Assembly (NCBI GenBank): GCA_003153215.1
Contig: PLXL01000110.1
Coordinates: 4,571-44,294, forward strand
Direction of reading: 5' to 3'
DNA: 39,724 bases
Source: Candidatus Dormiibacterota bacterium
GTDB taxonomy: Bacteria > Chloroflexota > Dormibacteria > Aeolococcales > Aeolococcaceae
The translations under genes and the position numbers were made by a program. The notes under the pieces were generated by a model, which searched no databases, had not been told where the DNA came from, and was given only the letters and a program-made list of their open reading frames with translations. Within the stretch, counting starts at the first letter, position 1. Each line of letters begins with the position of its first letter. Positions 33,928 to 39,724 of the stretch are shown piece by piece.

Positions 33928-36900
33928 CTACGTCGGCGGGTCTTCAGGGGCGACGACCCTCTCGGCGTCGATGCGCCGGCGCGACCACTCGCTCGGGATT
34001 GGCAGGTTGGTGTTGACGATGAGCACCCCTACCAGAGAGGGGTACCTGGGGTCGGTCTTGCCATGCAGGCGCGGCTTCAGCCAGCCGATGTAGTTCTCGA
34101 TGACCCCCGGCGGCGCCTCCTTGCCGCCGTGGTCGAAGACGACGAGAACCGAGAGTTGACTTCCCCGCCCCACCCCGTACTGGGTAGGCTGGCCGAGATA
34201 GCGAGCGCAGTCATCGACAGCGACCGGATCGCCACGCGACACCTTGAGCTCGGCGATGACGTCGTCGTGAAGGAGGTCGTCGTACCCGCCCGCCACGGCA
34301 TCGCGCCGGGTCAGACGGCCCTCCAGTTCGGGGTCGGCACGGAGCAAGCGCTCCAGCTCGTTGTGAAACTGAGCCTCGGACACGTGCGTGCCTCGCATGA
34401 AGGTCTTCTCGAACATCATCACCTCGGCCGCCCGGACGCAGGCGGCGAAGAGCCGACAGAACGCCCGGGCATCCTCGGTATCGAACTCCGGCGGGTCGAG
34501 GACGGCGAACATGGCGAGGAGCCGAGCATCGGTCTGCTGGTGTTCGGTCAGATGATCACGACTGGGGTCGAACGGTCGCAGCCGAAGCCGCTTGAATCCC
34601 TCGACCTCGATCACTTGCTCCTGGCCGTTACCCATCAGCCGTGCCTGAACCGGGCAGTCCAGGGCGGGGCCGTGGATCGGCTGCTCGATCAAGCAGCGAA
34701 GAGGCTCCTCGTTGGCGACGGTGATGCCGAAGTCGTCGGTGGTTCCCTCGGCCAAGGCGAAGTCATACCGGGGGAGCGTGAGTGCGTCCCGTCCGAGCAT
34801 GGTCACCGGCTCGACGATGCACCTCTCCGCCCATGCTGGGGTGGAGAGGAGGCGAACGGTCATACCCAGGTGGTACAGCTCCCCACGTCGAAGGACAAGC
34901 ACGTCCGTCACCGGCACGCCTCCCAACGTGGCCACGCAAACCGCCCGAGGTGGCTCTTCCGAGTCGGGCGCCGGACTCTCCAGGTTCAGGCGACGGGGCC
35001 CGAGGCGGCTGCCGACGAGCGAGACGGGAGCCGGGATCGCGCCGAGCCCCTGCCACACCACTTGGGCCGCACTGGGGTCAGCGAGGCTGTCCACCGCCGC
35101 GAGGAAAGCGATGAGGCCATCGGGGATTGTTGCCTCCACAGCGCCGGACAACTCGGAACGAAGCACCTGGGCCTGCCGCTTGGCCCCCTGGAGGAGCGCT
35201 GGCGCCTGCTCGCCGACAGCCCGGACAGCGGCGTCGTAGCGAAGCAGCACGGCTGCGATCTGCCAGGCTCGAGCAAGCCATTGCCGCTGGCTCCCCGAGG
35301 CGTGCGCTTGCGGGAGGCCCAGAAGCTGTGTGGCAGCTTGATCAAGTTCCGCCGCCATGGCGGTCGGGTCGGGCGAGGCAGAGGCCAACAGCACGCGCGC
35401 CGCGCTCACCGACGCCAGTAGCCCGTCGAGAGTCGCACGAAGCTGGCCGCCTTTCGCCCCATCCGGGTGGGATGCTTCCACGCCGGACACGGCCGTCGTC
35501 ACGGCGTCGGTGAGCGTGATCACATCGGCAGCCCCAAGCGGCCCGTCGACCATCGCTGCGGCAAGCTCGGCACCCCGGGCGATAGTCCCAGCGAGCCGCC
35601 GACCGGGGCCCCCCTCATCGCCGGAAGGCTGGCCGGCCTCGATGCGCGCGGCCACAACGGCTGCATCAGCCCAACGCCCGGCGGACTGCAGGAGCTCGAC
35701 CGGTTCCAGCGCTCGCCACGAGTGCGCCGGCCCATGGACAGCGCTAAGCGGCTCGATCTCCGCCAATGGGGTGTCGGCTACGAGGCGCGGTTGGTCCATC
35801 AGCGCCTCGAAGAGGGGTTCCCGGCGCCGGTTGTAATAGTCCGCCAACTCCGGGCTCGCGGCCGTGGCGACGGCGGCCTTCGCCCAGGCGGCGTCGGTAG
35901 ACAGTTCTTCCGGCCACCACGCCGTGAGCAAGTCCTCGCGGGCGGACGGCCGACAGTAGCCGACGTGGGCCAGGGCAATCCTGAACCACTCAACCATCTC
36001 CGCTCCAGCGCTGAGGGTGCGGGCGAGGGACCGCAGCGCCCAGAGGGCCGACTCCATCACGTCGGGATCCGGGTTCTGTGCGTAGGTGACGATCCACGCG
36101 TGGATGAGCGGGAGCAGCCGTGGCCCCAGGTCCGCTGGAAGCCGGAGCCGAGGGAGCCGCTCCAGCATCCGCTGGTGGACGACGACGTAAGGGTCTTGGA
36201 CAAGTGCGACCGACAGCTCCGTCAGCTCGAAAGGCAGGGGGTCGGCGACGTCGGCACACGCCACCCATAGGTCGATGCCGCAGCTCCGAACGACATGATC
36301 TCGGTCGAGGAGGGCGCTGTAGGTGGTCGGGAGAATATCCCTCAAAGTCTCCGATGAGACCGCCGCCTCAAGGGCCTTGAGCATCGTCGTCCGAACGGTC
36401 CGGTCGTGGCGATCATTGCCCGTCGTTGCCGAGAAGAGAAGTTGAATCGGCCCGATCACGCCTACTGGGTTGACGGAGGCACAGCCCCCAACCGTTCGGG
36501 CGAGACGCCGCCGGCGGGCGTCACGTCTTATCCGCACGGTCTCCCGCTCCAGGGCCACTTGCACCGGAGAGGCATCTGCCCCAGTCGGAAGCGCCGGCGC
36601 GTCCCGGTCCGGGGCACAAAGCGTGAGGATGGTCCCAAGCATCTCGTCGGCGTGCGCGGCCACGGCCCCTGGCACATGGCGGACGAGGCCTTCCAGATGA
36701 TCGGCGGCGTGATCGGCCGCCTCGTCCCCCCAGTCGCCGGCAGCCCGTCGCACCACGAAACTGATGGCCTCCGACGTTGCGGCGAAACCCGCATCCCACG
36801 GCTCCCGGAACCGCTGAAGGAACCACGGCACCCGGGAAAGCTCGTCCTTCGCCTCCTGGCCAGCCCGAGCCGCTTCGGACTCGATGATCCCCCTGGTCAG

Positions 36901-38007
36901 ATGGGGCTCGCCACGCCAGCCTTCCGCCAAAGCTCGCAGAGCCGCTGAAGTTGGATGGGGATAGCCGAAGTACGTCTGTTCAGCCCCGCGCACGCTGGTG
37001 GCCAGCGGGGGCCCCAGAGCGACGATCCGCTTGGGGTCGACCGCCAGCAACGCCCGGGCTGCATCGGCAGCGGCTTGCCGCCTGCGCTCGTCATCGCTGC
37101 GTAGTTGGTCGATGATCCGCTCGGTCACTGCGGGCAGATCGACGCGCGACGCTGCGATGAGACCCTCCGGCAAGGACGGCGTTTGCCGCAGACCAACCTG
37201 CTCTTCCGACGCCAATGCGATGAGCTGGTCTAGGACGTCGGGCAGGTCGGCGGGTATCAGCTCGGGCTCCAGCACCGCCAACAACGTGCCGGCGTCCACG
37301 GACCGGAGGCGAGTTAGGACGGCAAGTGCAGCGACGAGCGCTCGGCGAGGATGGCAGTTCCCGGAGCGGACGAGCGCCTCCAATGCTTGGAAGGCGGTCG
37401 CATCGGCGGCGTCCTGGGCCAGTTCCAGCAGGCTGTCCACCAGGACGGGGAGGAACAGCTCGGGTGCGTTCCTCGCCGCATCAAGAACCTCGCGGGCAGC
37501 GCGCTGATCCTCGAGCGTAAGCGGTTCTGTCCGCGGCTCAGCACGGTCGATCCGGTCAATTGCACTGCCAAGATCCCCGACGACGTAGCCCTCGCCAGCC
37601 AGAAGGTGGTGGCGTCGGTCACGGCGTTCGGTGTGGCGGCGGGTGCGCTCGCCGGCAGCTCGCCGTCCAGCCTCCTTCCGGGTCGCCTCCTCGACAGCGC
37701 GTTGCCCCGCCACGGTTGCCAGGTTGGGCAGCTCACCGGTCCCCTTCCGATGCGGGCAAGCCGGACAGTTCGCCCCGTAGAACTCGAGGGCCAGATCCAG
37801 CGCCTGGTGCCCCTGGGTCCGTGGCGGCGGCGCGTGCTCGCATCGAACTTCAAGGAGACCCATCGGCAGGCCGAGTGCCGATCCGACGAAGCTGTTACCG
37901 CCGACCGCCTCGATTCGGGCGTGCAGGCAGTGGCGTCGCGTCAGCTCGAGGGCTTCCGCGTTCGCCTGCCCCATCGCGACCGCCCGGTCGTACTCCTTCA
38001 TGGCCAT
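33928..38007 (-). CDS. 1359-aa protein: N-terminal Cys/His cluster, about 1000 aa of alpha-helical (HEAT/ARM-like) repeats, C-terminal PD-(D/E)xK nuclease-like module
   Basis: N-terminus: RHCLHARIE...RCEHAPP...ANCPACPHRKG. The long Leu/Ala-rich section looks helical. C-terminus: SEAQFHNELERLLRADPELEGRLTRRDAVAGGYDDLLHDDVIAELKVSRGDPVAVDDCARYLGQPTQYG (D...ExK...QxxY layout). The ORF is uninterrupted over 4 kb. Confidence 0.7.
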   Translation of the reverse strand: MAMKEYDRAVAMGQANAEALELTRRHCLHARIEAVGGNSFVGSALGLPMGLLEVRCEHAPPPRTQGHQALDLALEFYGANCPACPHRKGTGELPNLATVAGQRAVEEATRKEAGRRAAGERTRRHTERRDRRHHLLAGEGYVVGDLGSAIDRIDRAEPRTEPLTLEDQRAAREVLDAARNAPELFLPVLVDSLLELAQDAADATAFQALEALVRSGNCHPRRALVAALAVLTRLRSVDAGTLLAVLEPELIPADLPDVLDQLIALASEEQVGLRQTPSLPEGLIAASRVDLPAVTERIIDQLRSDDERRRQAAADAARALLAVDPKRIVALGPPLATSVRGAEQTYFGYPHPTSAALRALAEGWRGEPHLTRGIIESEAARAGQEAKDELSRVPWFLQRFREPWDAGFAATSEAISFVVRRAAGDWGDEAADHAADHLEGLVRHVPGAVAAHADEMLGTILTLCAPDRDAPALPTGADASPVQVALERETVRIRRDARRRRLARTVGGCASVNPVGVIGPIQLLFSATTGNDRHDRTVRTTMLKALEAAVSSETLRDILPTTYSALLDRDHVVRSCGIDLWVACADVADPLPFELTELSVALVQDPYVVVHQRMLERLPRLRLPADLGPRLLPLIHAWIVTYAQNPDPDVMESALWALRSLARTLSAGAEMVEWFRIALAHVGYCRPSAREDLLTAWWPEELSTDAAWAKAAVATAASPELADYYNRRREPLFEALMDQPRLVADTPLAEIEPLSAVHGPAHSWRALEPVELLQSAGRWADAAVVAARIEAGQPSGDEGGPGRRLAGTIARGAELAAAMVDGPLGAADVITLTDAVTTAVSGVEASHPDGAKGGQLRATLDGLLASVSAARVLLASASPDPTAMAAELDQAATQLLGLPQAHASGSQRQWLARAWQIAAVLLRYDAAVRAVGEQAPALLQGAKRQAQVLRSELSGAVEATIPDGLIAFLAAVDSLADPSAAQVVWQGLGAIPAPVSLVGSRLGPRRLNLESPAPDSEEPPRAVCVATLGGVPVTDVLVLRRGELYHLGMTVRLLSTPAWAERCIVEPVTMLGRDALTLPRYDFALAEGTTDDFGITVANEEPLRCLIEQPIHGPALDCPVQARLMGNGQEQVIEVEGFKRLRLRPFDPSRDHLTEHQQTDARLLAMFAVLDPPEFDTEDARAFCRLFAACVRAAEVMMFEKTFMRGTHVSEAQFHNELERLLRADPELEGRLTRRDAVAGGYDDLLHDDVIAELKVSRGDPVAVDDCARYLGQPTQYGVGRGSQLSVLVVFDHGGKEAPPGVIENYIGWLKPRLHGKTDPRYPSLVGVLIVNTNLPIPSEWSRRRIDAERVVAPEDPPT

Positions 38008-38047
38008 CTCACCGCCACTCTACCCGCCGGTCGCCGCAGGCCCCGCC

Positions 38048-39064
38048 TCAGCTGGCCAGGGCGACCTCGGGAGACGCCCACCCGGGCGAGGCGGGGTGAC
38101 GGACGGACTCCGCCGTCAGCATCGCGAGGGTGATGATCCGGGAGCCGGGGGGCATCGAAGACACGAGGGCCAAGGCCATGGAGCACAACTCCGCGATGAG
38201 TTTGGACCCAGGTGCATCGGCCCCCTCGTCGCGTGCCGACCGACGGATCCAGCGGAGGATCTGAGGCATTGAGTTCAGCATGGCGGCGGCCCGACGCATG
38301 TCTTCAGGCCGCGCGCGCTGAAGGTCCCGGAGCAGAAGGTTTGACCCGTCATCCGGTGCCAGTGCCGCCGCGCTGATGGACGTGGCGTCCACGATCTCGG
38401 TCGGGCCGGGCAGCCCAGCGGGCCTGCCGGCCGCCGCGGACCGCAGCCCGTCCAAGACCGCAGGGTGGGATCCGCGGAACATCCGGTCGACGACGGCTGC
38501 GCCGATGTCCACGGTGCGGGGATCCTTGAAGGCTGCCCCGAGGAGCTGCCGCTGGTCCGGGGTGAGGCCCGGGATCGACCCAGGGTCCAGGTCGGCAACC
38601 GCCCGGCCTACCTGACGCCGGATGCGCAGCGGAGTGCGGGCACTGGCCCTGCCCTCGGGCTCGAGCGCCATCTCGCGCCGAGCGGTGCTCGCCCTCTTGG
38701 CGCAGGCCGATGTGAGGTCCCTGACCAGACGCTCCTCGTTGCCGCCGTAGCCAGCAACCCAGAGAAGCAAGCGCAACTCCCTCACCTCGGTGACGCCGGC
38801 CTCGCGCAGCCGCAGAGCCGCGAGCAGCCGACGGTACGAGCCGAGAACAGGCCACTCGCCGTGCGCCCCGTGACGGCCCTGATGGACGGTGAGGGTGGGG
38901 CCGCTGATGACGCTGTTCTTGGAGCGCGTCCACTCATCGATGAGGGCGTCGGTGACCGTGGCGCGGTATCCGCGTCGGGCCGCCCAGGCCGCGGCGTGGG
39001 TGACGAGGCAGGAGCGGGAGATCAAGCCGTGGTGGCGGGAGGGGCAGTGGTTCGCGGTGATCAT
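38048..39064 (-). CDS. hypothetical protein (338 aa from Met 39064; the track ORF extends to 39124)
   Basis: An ORF 40 nt upstream of the 1359-aa gene on the same strand. No motif recognised. Confidence 0.55.
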   Translation of the reverse strand: MITANHCPSRHHGLISRSCLVTHAAAWAARRGYRATVTDALIDEWTRSKNSVISGPTLTVHQGRHGAHGEWPVLGSYRRLLAALRLREAGVTEVRELRLLLWVAGYGGNEERLVRDLTSACAKRASTARREMALEPEGRASARTPLRIRRQVGRAVADLDPGSIPGLTPDQRQLLGAAFKDPRTVDIGAAVVDRMFRGSHPAVLDGLRSAAAGRPAGLPGPTEIVDATSISAAALAPDDGSNLLLRDLQRARPEDMRRAAAMLNSMPQILRWIRRSARDEGADAPGSKLIAELCSMALALVSSMPPGSRIITLAMLTAESVRHPASPGWASPEVALAS

Positions 39065-39077
39065 GGCGGTCGGAACG

Positions 39078-39206
39078 TCAGTAGGCGAGGAGGGCCCCCG
39101 TGGCCACCAGGGCACCGGCGGCATTGATCCGGCTCGGGGCGTTCACGCAGCGGACCCACGCGACGAGGGCGGCGACCAAGCGAGCGAGGAAGTCGATGAT
39201 GGCCAT
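39078..39206 (-). CDS. 42-aa hydrophobic micro-protein
   Basis: Hand-translated as MAIIDFLARLVAALVAWVRCVNAPSRINAAGALVATGALLAY. AAGGAG lies upstream. It is below the ORF-track size cutoff. Confidence 0.35.
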   Translation of the reverse strand: MAIIDFLARLVAALVAWVRCVNAPSRINAAGALVATGALLAY

Positions 39207-39347
39207 TGGGGTGATTGCTCCTTGTGGTGTGGGCTGGATGCTCCTACTGATCCTGACGGCGATCGCCGAGCCGTTCCACCCCCATCCCGCCCGAGGTCCA
39301 GACGGATCGTGGCCCGACCGCCGCGCGGTCTACGTTCAACGCGCCGA

Positions 39348-39488
39348 CTACGACTTCGTCTTTGCGGCCCCGTGCGAGTTCCGGGGGGTGGACCGGTCGT
39401 GCCTCGGCACGTGAACCGTCTGACCGTCCACCACCCGGTCGTAGGGCTTCACTGGAACGATCTTCTTGCCCTTCTCGGTCTCTGCCAT
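39348..39488 (-). CDS. 46-aa basic micro-protein, first ORF of the operon
   Basis: Hand-translated as MAETEKGKKIVPVKPYDRVVDGQTVHVPRHDRSTPRNSHGAAKTKS. A strong RBS (AGGAGG) lies 7 nt upstream of the ATG, and a promoter-like element lies just upstream. Confidence 0.45.
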   Translation of the reverse strand: MAETEKGKKIVPVKPYDRVVDGQTVHVPRHDRSTPRNSHGAAKTKS

Positions 39489-39527
39489 CCTCGCGCCCTC
39501 CTAGTTGACCTCATGGGTTAGCCATTC

Positions 39528-39557
39528 AGCATACCCCATATATCGTATGCCGTGCAA
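39528..39557 (-). promoter_or_regulatory. sigma-70-like promoter candidate for the micro-ORF / 338-aa / 1359-aa operon
   Basis: The minus strand reads TTGCAC (39557-39552) - 18 nt - TATGCT (39533-39528), about 40 nt upstream of the RBS and ATG at 39488. A 6-nt inverted repeat GCATAC...GTATGC (39529-39550) overlaps the spacer and -10. Confidence 0.4.
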
Positions 39558-39724
39558 CCGTTCGGCACCGTATCTGGGGACAAATAGCTCACTAAGGCTG
39601 TCCGCGTCATGTGATCGGTGCGCTCCAGGGAGCTGCTCGCACGGCGCCCCTCCTTGTTCGCGGCCGGCTCTGCGTCAAGGGACATCCCCCAACACTCGGG
39701 TGGGCGACGCTGATCTCGCTGGAG

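Noticed and set aside
34063-35421. 452-aa plus-strand ORF (and many 60-180-aa ORFs across 34-38 kb)
   Set aside because: All lie inside the uninterrupted 4.08-kb minus-strand ORF and are shadow frames.
1-39724. CRISPR arrays, tRNA/rRNA genes, long terminal inverted repeats
   Set aside because: I scanned the intergenic and low-GC stretches and found no regularly spaced direct repeats and no cloverleaf-compatible segments. Visual scanning of 40 kb is not exhaustive, so tRNAscan/Infernal/CRISPR finders should confirm.

Overview
High-GC (actinobacterial-type) chromosomal segment; nearly all convincing genes are on the minus strand. About 1-8.5 kb looks like ordinary core metabolism: an acyl-CoA operon (acyl-CoA synthetase, membrane protein, MaoC dehydratase, acyl-CoA dehydrogenase, CoA-transferase) plus a PucR-type regulator. 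From about 8.6 kb to the window end the sequence is an accessory, defence-island-like mosaic. (i) A transposase C-terminal remnant and a NucS-like PD-(D/E)xK protein. (ii) A visibly lower-GC Type I R-M cassette, hsdM-hsdS-hsdR. Its hsdR is split by a 1-nt frameshift, its HsdS carries an (ELEA)x4 repeat, and its HsdM has an N-terminal XRE HTH fused in frame. (iii) A tightly overlapping 12-ORF chain resembling an integrative element or cryptic prophage: Xis-like HTH, large tyrosine recombinase, duplicated integrase-tail ORFs, large serine recombinase, RusA, a protease-less Lon-like AAA+ ATPase, a small TM protein and a Zn-ribbon protein. A LexA/CI-like S24 repressor is transcribed divergently from it. 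(iv) A translationally coupled five-gene operon with type III CBASS architecture: CD-NTase, HORMA-sized protein, TRIP13-like AAA+ and Cap4-like nuclease-SAVED effector. It is preceded by, and coupled to, an extra 676-aa ParB/Srx-like gene. (v) An upstream operon encoding two micro-ORFs, a 338-aa unknown and a 1359-aa helical-repeat protein with a C-terminal PD-(D/E)xK module. The best candidates for something undescribed are the ParB-like gene coupled to CBASS, the 1359-aa nuclease operon and the Lon-like ATPase triad. I found no tRNA, rRNA or CRISPR array. All functional calls come from motif recognition by eye; no database search was possible.
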